This document shows positions 1 through 9,297 of a DNA stretch of 32,000 nt, piece after piece. The DNA comes from Propionibacterium ruminifibrarum (GTDB lineage: Bacteria; Actinomycetota; Actinomycetes; Propionibacteriales; Propionibacteriaceae): the NCBI RefSeq assembly GCF_900289195.1, contig NZ_OMOH01000009.1, positions 54,069-86,068 of the forward strand. Direction: 5' to 3'. The first letter of the stretch is position 1. Each line of letters begins with the position of its first letter. The translations under genes and the position numbers were made by a program. Under the pieces are notes generated by a model. The model made no database searches. It was given only the letters and a program-made list of their open reading frames with translations, and was not told the DNA's origin.

Positions 1-91
1 GCCTGACGATCTCCTGGTCGTCCGCGATGAGCACGGTGATCGGCTCTGTGGCGTCGGGATCCGACTGGTCGTTGGCCGGGTCGCGCAGCAT
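1..91 (-). CDS. Response regulator, N-terminal fragment (receiver domain; gene continues beyond window start)
   Basis: Reverse-strand translation from ATG (91..89) gives MLRDPANDQSDPDATEPITVLIADDQEIVR. The VLIADDQxxVR block is the typical start of a CheY-like receiver in NarL/LuxR-type regulators. It is divergent from a HisKA_3 kinase. It is absent from the ORF track because it runs off the window. Confidence 0.5.
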   Translation of the reverse strand, partial: MLRDPANDQSDPDATEPITVLIADDQEIVR

Positions 92-335
92 CGTCCCTCC
101 CGTCCGTGCGACATGCCCTTGGCCCGCCCCGGTGCAGGGGCGGTGATCAGGTCCACGATAGGGCCGACCGGCCCGGTCCGGGAGGTGGGTTCACCGGCCA
201 GGGGGCTCCCGGCCACGAACGACGGCACCCGTCACCGGCCACGATTCGACACCGATCCTGCGTATGGTTCCGGTTGTAGGGTCCGCAGGGCTGCCAGCGG
301 ACCCGGACACGCGATCACGACGAGGGGTGGGGCGC

Positions 336-1529
336 ATGGTCATGACCCGGGCGTGCCACGCCGACCCGGCCGCGCGCCACGTCGCGCTGGCGACGATGCT
401 CGCCGGCGCGCTCACCGCACTCGCCGTGGTCGGCGGGTCGACCGGCCAGATCCTGGCCTGCGGCGGCGCGGCGCTCCTCGGCGTCATCTGCGCCCTGGCG
501 CTGCCGGCCCACCCTCTGCTGGCACTCACCGTCTGCCATGCGACCTGCCTGACGATGGCATTCGTGCAACACAACCCCTTTGCGACGCAGGCCCTGATCT
601 ACCTGCCAGTGGCCTACTGGGCAGGGCGCCGCGCACCGGCCCGGGTCGCCTGGGGCGTCGCGGGCCTGTTCACCGCGACCACGGTCCTCGTCTTCGTCCT
701 CACCCTGCGGGGCAGCGACTCCACGTCGGTCGGTGTGCGCGCGGTGATGGGGCTCGGCTCGGGAACCCTCTTCATCGCGGCGCCCCTCCTCGCTGGGGCG
801 TGGCTGCGCGTCGCGGACGAGCGGGCATCCGGGGCGCAGGCGCTGTTGCGGGCCGAACGCGCCGAACGCGAGGCGCGGATCGCCAAGGCCCTCGAGACCG
901 AGCGCGGCCTCATGGCCGGCGAGTTGCACGACGTGGCATCCCACCACATGACCGCCGTGCTGCTCGACGCCCGGCTCGCCCGGCGCAAGTTGGCCGAGGA
1001 CCCCGAGCGGGCAGGTGAGCTGCTCGACGAGCTGACCCGTGAGGCGACGGTCGCCAGCGAGAACCTGCACGAGGTGGTCGGCATCCTCCGGGCCGGCGCG
1101 CTGGCAGCCGTGACGCCCCAGCCGACACTCACCGATCTGCCCGAGCTGTTGCACACGGCCAGGACCATCAACCCGGACATCAGCCTCGACATCCCCGCCG
1201 TCCCGGACGTCTCGCCCGCCGTGGGGCTGGCCCTGTACCGGGTCATCCAGGAATCACTGACCAACGCCCACCGCCACGCCCCCGGGGCGCGCATCGACGT
1301 GCGTCTCACCGAGGCGGACGGCTGGGTGAGCCTGTCGATCACCAACACCCGTGCCACCAGGCCCGCCCCGGGCCTGGGCGGGTCGGGGCTGGGCGTCGAG
1401 GGCATGCGCATGCGCTGCGAGCTGCTCGGCGGGCAGCTGACGGCGGGCCCGAACCAGGACGGCTGGCAGGTCCTGGCCCGGCTGCCGCAGCGCTCCGGGC
1501 AGGACGGTCACCGCCCGGGTGGGACTTAA
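336..1529 (+). CDS. Sensor histidine kinase, HisKA_3 (NarL/DesK-type) with N-terminal multi-TM region
   Basis: H-box ELHDVASHHMTAVLLDARLA, N-box ESLTNAHRHAPG and G-box GSGLGVEGMRMRCELLGGQL, with a hydrophobic N-terminal half. The track ORF starts at 264. ATG at 336 is preferred because GAGGGG lies 8-13 nt upstream. Confidence 0.8.
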   Translation: MVMTRACHADPAARHVALATMLAGALTALAVVGGSTGQILACGGAALLGVICALALPAHPLLALTVCHATCLTMAFVQHNPFATQALIYLPVAYWAGRRAPARVAWGVAGLFTATTVLVFVLTLRGSDSTSVGVRAVMGLGSGTLFIAAPLLAGAWLRVADERASGAQALLRAERAEREARIAKALETERGLMAGELHDVASHHMTAVLLDARLARRKLAEDPERAGELLDELTREATVASENLHEVVGILRAGALAAVTPQPTLTDLPELLHTARTINPDISLDIPAVPDVSPAVGLALYRVIQESLTNAHRHAPGARIDVRLTEADGWVSLSITNTRATRPAPGLGGSGLGVEGMRMRCELLGGQLTAGPNQDGWQVLARLPQRSGQDGHRPGGT

Positions 1530-1615
1530 GGAGGAGGTCCTCGGTGCCCTGATGGACGATGACACGCCGACGTGCCGCCGGGCATCGTGGGAGCAGTCCC
1601 ACGAAGGAGCCCGTG

Positions 1616-2245
1616 ATGAACACCCGGCACCGCACCGTCCACCCCGCCGTCGGCTACGCCGTCACCGCGATCAGCCTGGCCGCGATGGTCTGCTACAGCC
1701 TGTGGTCCTGGGATGACATGCCCGCGCAGATCCTCACCCGGCAGGCCGCGGGACGCCACGGCGCCTCGGTGGTCTCGCGCGCCGTGGCGGCCGCGGCGAT
1801 GCCCGTCGCGCTCGCGGCCAGTGCCCTGCTGCTCCTGCTCATGCCCGTGTGGAACCGCCTCACCCGGCCCCTGGCGCCGCGCACCGTAGCGGGCCGGCGA
1901 CACGAACGGCTGGTCTGGACCGTCGTCTTGGTGATGCTCTCGGTGCTCATGCTCGCCCTGCACATCGGAATCATCGACATGTTCACCGGCAAGGGCCCGC
2001 AGCTGCCCCAGCTGGCCGCCTGGGCCATGGCCGCCCTGCTCATCGGCCTGGCGGTCATCTACCAAGTGCAGCGGGTGAGGGCCCGCCGGGCGATCACCGG
2101 CGTCCTCGTGACCGGCGGGGCGCTCGTGGCGGCGCTGGCCCACCCGCTGCCCGTGGCGGCCCTGATCGTGGGAGCAGTAGTCATGCTGGGCGCGATCGTG
2201 GCCGTCGCCGCGGCCCAGGTGCGCGACAGCGGCCTGCTGGGCTGA
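1616..2245 (+). CDS. Polytopic membrane protein, DUF1648/SdpI-like N-terminus
   Basis: ATG at 1616 is preceded by GAAGGAG (1603..1609). It has several hydrophobic helices. The N-terminal SLWSWDDMPAQILTRQAAGRHG resembles the DUF1648 'lP..ip.H' pattern (recalled from memory, not searched). Confidence 0.5.
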   Translation: MNTRHRTVHPAVGYAVTAISLAAMVCYSLWSWDDMPAQILTRQAAGRHGASVVSRAVAAAAMPVALAASALLLLLMPVWNRLTRPLAPRTVAGRRHERLVWTVVLVMLSVLMLALHIGIIDMFTGKGPQLPQLAAWAMAALLIGLAVIYQVQRVRARRAITGVLVTGGALVAALAHPLPVAALIVGAVVMLGAIVAVAAAQVRDSGLLG

Positions 2246-2342
2246 CGCCGCCGGGCCGGGCAACCAGCACACATCCTTGTTGACTGTCAACCTTTTCTCG
2301 CCCGGTTCGGCCGGAACCGCCCTTGTGGCGTAACTTTGTTCC

Positions 2343-3905
2343 GTGAGCACACGTGTATATGTTGCGTCCCCCGATGCCCAGGCCGATCTGAGCGCCGTTG
2401 CTCAGGCCATCGCCGAGGCCGCGGGCCGCCAGTCCGATCCCGTCGCAGTTTTCCACCCGCTGTCCACGCAGGCCGCCTCCGACGGTCTCGTCGGCGCCTC
2501 CTTCGAGGAATTCGCCAAGAATCCCGATGAGGCCAGCGCCGGCATCATCGAACGTTTCGAGGCCCTCGCCGCGAAGGGCCACGTCGTCGCCGTGGGCACC
2601 GACTACACCGGCGTCACCGCCCCCACCGAGCTGGCCCTCAACGGCCGGCTGGCCGCCGACCTGGCCGCCCCTGTGGTGCTGGCCATCGACGCATCCAAGG
2701 GGCCCGATCACACGCTCGGCGCGGCCCGCGTCGCACTCGACGGGCTGGCCGGCGAGTGCGCCACCGTTGCGGCGATCGTCGCCACCAACCCCTCGCACAC
2801 CGACGCCACCCGCACACTGCTGGCCTCGCTCGGCGTGCCGGCCGCCGTGCTCGGCGACGACCTCGCCGCCGTGCTCGCTGCCGCCTCGGAGCCGGTCGCC
2901 ACCCGCACCCCGGCCCGCTTCAGCTACGAACTCATGGCCCAGGCCAGGTCCGACCTGAAGACCATCGTGCTGCCCGAGAGCGAGGACCCCCGCATTCTCG
3001 AGGCCGCCTCGATCGTCGCGGCCCGCGGTGTCGCCAAGGTCGTGCTGCTCGGCGAGGCCGACGAGGTGCGGGCCGAGGCCGCCAGGCTTGGCTTCAACCT
3101 TGACGGCGTCGAGATCGTCTCGATGAACGACCCGGAGCGGATCGAGACCTACGCCGCCAAGTTCGCCGAACTGCGCGCCAAGAAGGGCGTCACCATCGAA
3201 CAGGCCCGCGAGACCATGACCGACGGCGCCTACTTCGGCACGATGATGGTCTACATGGGCGGAGCCGACGGCCTCGTGTCGGGCGCCAACCACACCACGG
3301 CCAACACCATCCGCCCGGCCCTGCAGCTCATCAAGACCAACCCGGGCATGAAGACCGTCTCGGGCGCCTTCCTCATGAGCCTCAAGGATCGTGTGCTGCT
3401 GTTCGCCGACTGCGCCGTCACCCCGAACCCGGAACCGGCCCAGCTCGCCGACATCGCCGTGGCCAGCGCCGAGACGGCCCGCATGTTCAACATCGACCCG
3501 AAGGTCGCCATGCTGACCTACTCCACGGGCACCTCCGGCAGCGGCCCGGACGTCGACCGGGTCCGCGCCGGCTACGAGGACGCCATCTCGCGCGTCCCGG
3601 ACGAGAAGATCGCCGGCCCGATCCAGTTCGACGCCGCCATCGACCCGGTCGTCGGCAAGAAGAAGATGCCCGACTCCGAGGTGGCCGGCAATGCGACCGT
3701 GTTCGTGTTCCCCGATCTCGAAGCCGGCAACATCGGCTACAAGATCTGCCAGCGCACCGCCGGCGCGGTGGCCATCGGCCCGCTGCTGCAGGGCCTGCGC
3801 CGCCCCGTCAACGACCTGTCGCGCGGCGCCCTCGTCGATGACATCGTCAACACCATCATCATGACCGCCATCCAGGCCCAGGGCACGAGCGGCCCGCTCG
3901 CCTGA
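2343..3905 (+). CDS. pta: Phosphate acetyltransferase
   Basis: The C-terminal PTA_PTB domain is readable (IVLPESEDPRILEAA, SGANHTTANTIRPALQLIK, DCAVTPNP, GNIGYKICQR). GTG start. It sits immediately upstream of ackA. Confidence 0.9.
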   Translation: MSTRVYVASPDAQADLSAVAQAIAEAAGRQSDPVAVFHPLSTQAASDGLVGASFEEFAKNPDEASAGIIERFEALAAKGHVVAVGTDYTGVTAPTELALNGRLAADLAAPVVLAIDASKGPDHTLGAARVALDGLAGECATVAAIVATNPSHTDATRTLLASLGVPAAVLGDDLAAVLAAASEPVATRTPARFSYELMAQARSDLKTIVLPESEDPRILEAASIVAARGVAKVVLLGEADEVRAEAARLGFNLDGVEIVSMNDPERIETYAAKFAELRAKKGVTIEQARETMTDGAYFGTMMVYMGGADGLVSGANHTTANTIRPALQLIKTNPGMKTVSGAFLMSLKDRVLLFADCAVTPNPEPAQLADIAVASAETARMFNIDPKVAMLTYSTGTSGSGPDVDRVRAGYEDAISRVPDEKIAGPIQFDAAIDPVVGKKKMPDSEVAGNATVFVFPDLEAGNIGYKICQRTAGAVAIGPLLQGLRRPVNDLSRGALVDDIVNTIIMTAIQAQGTSGPLA

Positions 3906-3929
3906 GACCCGGACCTGACAAGGAGAGAA

Positions 3930-5120
3930 ATGGCCAAGCCAATCCTGGTGCTGAACTGCGGTTCCAGCTCCCTGAAGTACCAGCTGATCGACCCCGAGTC
4001 CGAGGCCGTGCTGGCCAAGGGGCTGGTGGAGCGCATCGGCGACGCGAACGACGGCATCGTCACCCACGAGGTCGGCGACGACGAGTTCTCCGTCACCCCG
4101 AAACTGCCCGACCACACGGTGGCCCTCGAGGCCGTCTTCTCGATGTTCGCCGACCACGGCCCGTCCCTCGACGACGTCGCGGCCGTCGCCCACCGCACGG
4201 TGCACGGCGGTGACCGCTTCGCGGCCCCGACGGTGATCGACGACGAGGTGCTGGCGACCCTCGAGGAGCTCGTCCCGCTGGCCCCGCTGCACAACCCCGC
4301 GGGCATCAAGGGCATCCGCGCCGCCCTCGAGCTGCTGCCGGGCGTGCCGCACGTCGGCATCTTCGACACCGCGTTCTTCGTCAACCTCCCGGACGAGGCG
4401 TACACCTACGCCATCAACCGCGAGCTGGCGAAGAAGCACTCGATCCGCAAGTACGGCTTCCACGGCACCAGCCACCAGTACATCGCCGGCCTGGTGCCGG
4501 GCGTGCTGGGCGCCGACGCGGGTTCGCTGCGCCAGATCGTCTGCCACCTCGGCAACGGCGCCTCCATCTCGGCCGTCAAGGGCGGCCGGGCCATCGAGAC
4601 CTCGATGGGGCTGACGCCGCTCGCCGGACTGGTCATGGGCACCCGCTCGGGTGACATCGACCCGGGCATCTTCGCCTACCTGCACCGCGCCGAGGGCTGG
4701 GACGTCGACCGGATCGACGCCGAGCTCAACAAGAACTCGGGCATGCTCGGCATGTCGGGCGTCACCGACATGCGGGACGCCGAGGCCCAGTTCGAGGCGG
4801 GCGACGCGGACACGATCAACGCCATGAACGTGTACACGCACCGGCTGGCCTTCTACATCGGCGGCTACGCCGCCCTGCTCGGCGGCCTCGACGCGATCAC
4901 CTTCACCGCGGGCATCGGCGAGAACTCGTCGTTCGTTCGCAAGCTGGTCTGCGACAAGCTGGCCGGTATCGGCGTCGTCCTCGACGAGGAGTTGAACAGC
5001 AAGCGCGACAAGGCCCCGCACCTCATCTCGGCCCCCGACTCGGCGGTCAAGGTGCTGGTCATCAGCACCAACGAGGAACTGGCCATGGCGCAGCAGGCCG
5101 CGAGCCTGCTGGCCGGCTGA
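3930..5120 (+). CDS. ackA: Acetate kinase
   Basis: ILVLNCGSSSLKYQL N-terminus, HRTVHGG, PLHNPA, FDTAFF, GFHGTSHQY and NEELAMA motifs. SD AAGGAGAG lies upstream. Confidence 0.95.
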   Translation: MAKPILVLNCGSSSLKYQLIDPESEAVLAKGLVERIGDANDGIVTHEVGDDEFSVTPKLPDHTVALEAVFSMFADHGPSLDDVAAVAHRTVHGGDRFAAPTVIDDEVLATLEELVPLAPLHNPAGIKGIRAALELLPGVPHVGIFDTAFFVNLPDEAYTYAINRELAKKHSIRKYGFHGTSHQYIAGLVPGVLGADAGSLRQIVCHLGNGASISAVKGGRAIETSMGLTPLAGLVMGTRSGDIDPGIFAYLHRAEGWDVDRIDAELNKNSGMLGMSGVTDMRDAEAQFEAGDADTINAMNVYTHRLAFYIGGYAALLGGLDAITFTAGIGENSSFVRKLVCDKLAGIGVVLDEELNSKRDKAPHLISAPDSAVKVLVISTNEELAMAQQAASLLAG

Positions 5121-5137
5121 TCGCCTCCCTCCTCCTC

Positions 5138-5178
5138 GTGCAGGGGCCGGCGGGTGCCATCCCCACCGGCCCCTGCAC
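5138..5178 (+). terminator. GC-rich hairpin downstream of ackA (candidate intrinsic terminator, no U-tract)
   Basis: Perfect 13-bp inverted repeat gtgcaggggccgg (5138..5150) / ccggcccctgcac (5166..5178) with a 15-nt loop, starting 18 nt after the ackA stop. Confidence 0.45.
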
Positions 5179-5304
5179 GTGTGTCACCAACCCCACTCCC
5201 CGGCCCGGCGGCGCATCGCCCCCTGCCCCGGCCGCCCCACGCGGACTCGCCCGCATGGTGCGTACTGGTGGAGCCGATGCTGGGGACCGACTAGATTGGC
5301 TGCC

Positions 5305-6081
5305 ATGTCTACCGCACTCGTCACCGGGGGAAGTAGTGGCATCGGGCTGGCGTTCGCCCACGCCCTCGCGGCCCGCGGTGACGATCTGGTGCTCGTGGCG
5401 CGCGACGCCGCGCGGCTGGAGGAGGCGGCGCAGCAGCTGCGGGCCCGGCACCGGGTGGGAGTCGAGACCCTGTCGGCCGACCTGACCGCGGAGGAGGGCA
5501 TCCGCGCGGTCGAGGCCTTCATCGACGCCCACGAGATCGACACCCTCGTGAACAACGCCGGTTTCGCGGCGCACACCGACCTGCTCGAGGCCGACTGGAC
5601 CGCCCAGGCGGCGGCGCTCAACGCGATGGCGCTGGCCGTCCTCGTCCTGTCGGGCGCCGCCGCGCGCCAGATGGCCGGACGCGGGGCCGGCGAGATCATC
5701 AACGTCTCCTCGATCAACGCCCTCATCGACGCCGACGTCTACTCGGCGACCAAGCGCTGGGTGATCGGCTACACCGAGGCCCTGGCCGGCCGGCTCACCG
5801 GCACGGGGGTGCACGCCACCGTCGTCCTGCCCGGCTGGGTGCGGACGAACTACCACGCGGCGGCCGGCATGCGCCGCCCCCACCTACCCGGCTGGGCGTG
5901 GACCAGCCCCGAGCAGGTGGCCTCCGAAGCGCTCGCGGCGGCCGCGGCGGGCAGGGTCCAGGTGACCCCGAAGACCATCTGGAAGGTGGCGGGCTGGATG
6001 CTGCGTCACGGTCCGGCCTGGCTTCCCCGCCGCGTGGCAGCAGGGGTGCGTCGCGGCCATGACAGGCAGGGGGCCCGCTGA
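5305..6081 (+). CDS. Short-chain dehydrogenase/reductase (SDR)
   Basis: TGGSSGIG cofactor motif, NNAG, and YSATK (YxxxK) catalytic motif. Start moved to ATG 5305 (MSTALVTGG), which is preceded by TAGATT + 7 nt. Confidence 0.85.
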   Translation: MSTALVTGGSSGIGLAFAHALAARGDDLVLVARDAARLEEAAQQLRARHRVGVETLSADLTAEEGIRAVEAFIDAHEIDTLVNNAGFAAHTDLLEADWTAQAAALNAMALAVLVLSGAAARQMAGRGAGEIINVSSINALIDADVYSATKRWVIGYTEALAGRLTGTGVHATVVLPGWVRTNYHAAAGMRRPHLPGWAWTSPEQVASEALAAAAAGRVQVTPKTIWKVAGWMLRHGPAWLPRRVAAGVRRGHDRQGAR

Positions 6082-6851
6082 TGGATTTCGGACGCAACCC
6101 ACGCCTGTACAAGTCGACGGTGGCGGCCATCGCCCGCGACTCGGTGCGTTTCGGTCTCATCAAGCCCGTGCTCAACCGCGCCGTCAAGGTGCACGTGCAC
6201 GGCCTGGAGCACCTCGACGGGCTGCGGGCGCCGTTCCTCGTCACGCCCAACCACTCCGGTCACCTGGACGGCCCGCTCATCATGCTGACGATGCCGAACC
6301 GGCTCACCAAGGAACTGGCCACCGGCGCCGCGGCCGACTACTTCTTCGACAAGTGGTACACCGCCATGGGCACCCACCTGCTCATGAACGCGTTCCCCGT
6401 CGACCGCACCCGCAGCAAGGGCAAGAACCACCGGGGCATGGCCGGTGAACTGCTCGACGCCGGCGTCTCGCTGCTCATCTTCCCCGAGGGCACCCGTTCA
6501 CGAACCGGCGGCATGGGCCGCTTCAAGCCGGGCACCGCGGCCCTGGCGATCGCCCACAACGTGCCGATCGTGCCGGTCGCGCTCGTGGGCTCGTGGGCGG
6601 CGTGGCCGCCCACCGAGAAGCGGTGGCTGCCGGGCCGTCCCGACGTGCACGTCGTCTACGGCGCCCCGATGACCGCCGAACCGGGTGAGATCGCCCACGA
6701 GTTCTCCGAGCGGGTGCGCCGCAAGATCATCGAGATGCACGACGGCGTGGCCCGGGCCTACGGCATGCCCACCCAGGCCGAGATGATGCACCTGGCGGCC
6801 ATCGAGCGGGCCCGTACCACGCAGGAGAAGGACAAGAAGAGGGACGCCTGA
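6081..6851 (+). CDS. Lysophospholipid (1-acyl-sn-glycerol-3-phosphate) acyltransferase family protein
   Basis: HX4D motif NHSGHLD and FPEGTRS motif. The ATG overlaps the SDR stop codon (TGATG), which suggests translational coupling. Confidence 0.85.
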   Translation: MDFGRNPRLYKSTVAAIARDSVRFGLIKPVLNRAVKVHVHGLEHLDGLRAPFLVTPNHSGHLDGPLIMLTMPNRLTKELATGAAADYFFDKWYTAMGTHLLMNAFPVDRTRSKGKNHRGMAGELLDAGVSLLIFPEGTRSRTGGMGRFKPGTAALAIAHNVPIVPVALVGSWAAWPPTEKRWLPGRPDVHVVYGAPMTAEPGEIAHEFSERVRRKIIEMHDGVARAYGMPTQAEMMHLAAIERARTTQEKDKKRDA

Positions 6852-6921
6852 CCGCGGCACCGGGTCATGTTCGCCTGGCACCGCGGCCGGGGCGTCCCCT
6901 CCCGGTCAGCGGCCCCGGGGT

Positions 6922-8010
6922 TCAGGGCTTCACGGTGCCATCGGCGTAGCGCGTGATGGTTCCGTGCTCGAATTCCTGCGTGCAGGTGCCGTCCTCATCG
7001 CAGCTCGCGTCGCCCACCGGGGCACCGTACTGGCTCGACAGGCCACCTGCCGCGTACCAGGTCTCGTAAGTGGCGCCCTCCACGACGGATCTGCGGCCGT
7101 TGGAGTCGAAGTAGACGAAGCCGCCCTGGAAGTACTGGAACACCGTACCGTTGTCGAAGCCCGTGTCATCGAGCGGGTAGCCGAGGGGGCCGTCCCACCA
7201 GCCGTGGTCCTCCCAGTAGTTCGCGATATCGCGGAGGACGCCATGGGCACCGGTGCTGGGGCTCCAGGCGATCTGCCCGAACTGGAAGAGCTGGATGCAG
7301 CCCCCCTCCGGGGGGAGGCCGCAGACCTGATCGCTCACCGGGTACTCGAGGATGAGACTCAGGTCCTTCCCGTACCACGCATCCTTGATGGCACCGGCCA
7401 TGATGTAGGCGAAAAACCCGTCCCTGTTCTGGCGGACGATCTGCCCGTACTGGAAGTCCTGGATGCAGCCGTATCCATCGACCTCGCAGTCCTCATCACC
7501 GGTGGGATAGCCGAGGGAACCCTCCTCCTTGCCGGCGAGTTCCCATGCCTGGGCGATCCTGCCGGAGGTGGGGTGGGAGCCGGTAGCCGGAGACCAGTGG
7601 ATCTGCCCGCCCTCGAAGCTCTGGTAGCAGCCGCCGCCCTTGAGCCCGCAGACCTCGTCACTGGTGGGGTAGCCGAGGAAACCCCGGTGGGAATCCAACG
7701 AGACCCACTTGCCCCGGATGGACCCGACGCTGACGTGGGCGCCGGTCGCCTCGGACCAGTAGATGGCCCCGCCCTGGAAGTTCTGGTAGCAGCCGCCCCT
7801 CCTCAGCCCGCAGACCTCCTTGCTGGTGGGCTGGCCCAGACGACTGGAGGCGCCGCCATAGGATTCGTACTTCGCGCTGATCTCAGAGGCGGCAACGGCC
7901 TGGCCGGTGGGGACCAGCTGGATCAGGCCGACCAGCATCAGGAGCGCCGCGGTGAGCGCGGCCACGCGCCGGGCCGATGGCGCATGGACCAGTGTGCGGT
8001 GGTTCGTCAT
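6922..8010 (-). CDS. Secreted LGFP-repeat protein (six LGFP-like repeats, no catalytic domain seen)
   Basis: Signal-peptide-like MTNHRTLVHAPSARRVAALTAALLMLVGLIQLVPTGQAVA, followed by repeats of the form LGYPTSDEVCGLKGGGCYQSFEGGQIHWS. Start placed at ATG 8010 rather than the track start 8052. Confidence 0.8.
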   Translation of the reverse strand: MTNHRTLVHAPSARRVAALTAALLMLVGLIQLVPTGQAVAASEISAKYESYGGASSRLGQPTSKEVCGLRRGGCYQNFQGGAIYWSEATGAHVSVGSIRGKWVSLDSHRGFLGYPTSDEVCGLKGGGCYQSFEGGQIHWSPATGSHPTSGRIAQAWELAGKEEGSLGYPTGDEDCEVDGYGCIQDFQYGQIVRQNRDGFFAYIMAGAIKDAWYGKDLSLILEYPVSDQVCGLPPEGGCIQLFQFGQIAWSPSTGAHGVLRDIANYWEDHGWWDGPLGYPLDDTGFDNGTVFQYFQGGFVYFDSNGRRSVVEGATYETWYAAGGLSSQYGAPVGDASCDEDGTCTQEFEHGTITRYADGTVKP

Positions 8011-8325
8011 GGGGGTTCGTGTCCTCTCTCGTGGGCTCGGGTTGATGACCATCCACGGTCATCCCCCATCGGACGACCCGATGGGGCGGTGGGACGCCCA
8101 TCCCGAACGCCCCAGCAAGGCCGGCGTCACGAACAGCTCGAGCAATGACGTGCCTGCCGGTCGGCGCCTTTGGCAGCGGTGGGGTCGCTGCATGATAGGC
8201 CAGCAAGTTGAGAACCACCTGAGGGATTAACCCGCCTGTTGTCCGGGAATCCTGAGAATCACCTGAGTCATCGCTCGTCGGCACGCCCTGAGCACAGGAC
8301 CGCTGCCGCCAGATAACCTTGTGCC

Positions 8326-9297
8326 ATGACCGATCCCCACGCCCCAGGCGGTGCTGCCGCACCCCGCGTCGTCGCGGTCGTCGTGGCGTGGAATCGCGCC
8401 GAACTGCTCGGCCGCTGTCTCGACGGGCTGGGAGCGCAGACGCGCCGGCCCGACGCGCTGGTCGTCATCGACAATGCCTCGACCGACGAGTCGCCGCACG
8501 TGGCGGCCGAGCACCCGGCGGTCACCGAGGTCGTCACCATGGCGACGAACACTGGTGGCGCCGGCGGCTTCGCCTCGGGTATCGCGGTGGCCTGCAACCG
8601 CTACGACGCCGACCTGGTGTGGATCATGGACGACGACACGGTCCCCGGCCCCGGGGCGCTGCAGGCCCTCCTGGAGGTCCGTGACCGCTACCCGCGCCCT
8701 CCGGCGGTGCTGGCCAGCCGCGCCGACTGGCACGACGGCCGTGAGCACCCGATGAACACGCCGCGGGCCCGGGTCGGCGCGAGCCGCGAACGCAGACGCG
8801 ACGCCGCGCGCGTGGGGTGCCGCCAGATCCGTTCGGCATCGTTCGTCTCGATCCTGATCGACGCCCAGGCGATCCGCGCCGAGGGCCTGCCGATCAGCGA
8901 CTACTTCCTGTGGAACGACGACTTCGAGTACACGACGCGCCTGCTGCGCTTCCGCGAGGGCCTGTACGTCCCGGCCAGCCGCGTCCAGCACCTGACGAAG
9001 ACGTTCGGGGACACGAGCGCGGATCCGGGGCCGCGGTTCTACCAGGAGGTGCGCAACAAGGTGTGGATGTTCACCCGCTCGCCCGCCCTGGCGGCCTGGG
9101 AGCGCCTGCTCTACGGGGGCTCGACCCTGCGCCGCTGGGCTGCGACCGTCAAGGCCTCATCCGACCGCCGCATCCTGCGCAAGGGTCTGCGGGCCGGGCT
9201 GCGTGACGGCCTGCGCCACGGCCCGCGCAGCAATGCCCGGGTGCTGGCCGGCACGCCGGTCGAGGCCGACGTCCTCGCCATCGAGGGGGACAGATGA
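8326..9297 (+). CDS. GT2 glycosyltransferase, GlfT1-like
   Basis: VVAVVVAWNRAELLGRCLDGLGAQTRRPDALVVIDNASTDES, NTGGAGGFASG and WIMDDDTVP (DXD). This pattern matches my recollection of mycobacterial GlfT1 (Rv3782)-type GT2 enzymes. Confidence 0.75.
   Translation: MTDPHAPGGAAAPRVVAVVVAWNRAELLGRCLDGLGAQTRRPDALVVIDNASTDESPHVAAEHPAVTEVVTMATNTGGAGGFASGIAVACNRYDADLVWIMDDDTVPGPGALQALLEVRDRYPRPPAVLASRADWHDGREHPMNTPRARVGASRERRRDAARVGCRQIRSASFVSILIDAQAIRAEGLPISDYFLWNDDFEYTTRLLRFREGLYVPASRVQHLTKTFGDTSADPGPRFYQEVRNKVWMFTRSPALAAWERLLYGGSTLRRWAATVKASSDRRILRKGLRAGLRDGLRHGPRSNARVLAGTPVEADVLAIEGDR

Noticed and set aside
2181-5021. 946-aa minus-strand ORF spanning pta and ackA
   Set aside because: It is antisense to two unambiguous genes. 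The translation is G/D/V/A/R-rich with no recognisable motif, typical of a high-GC antisense open frame.
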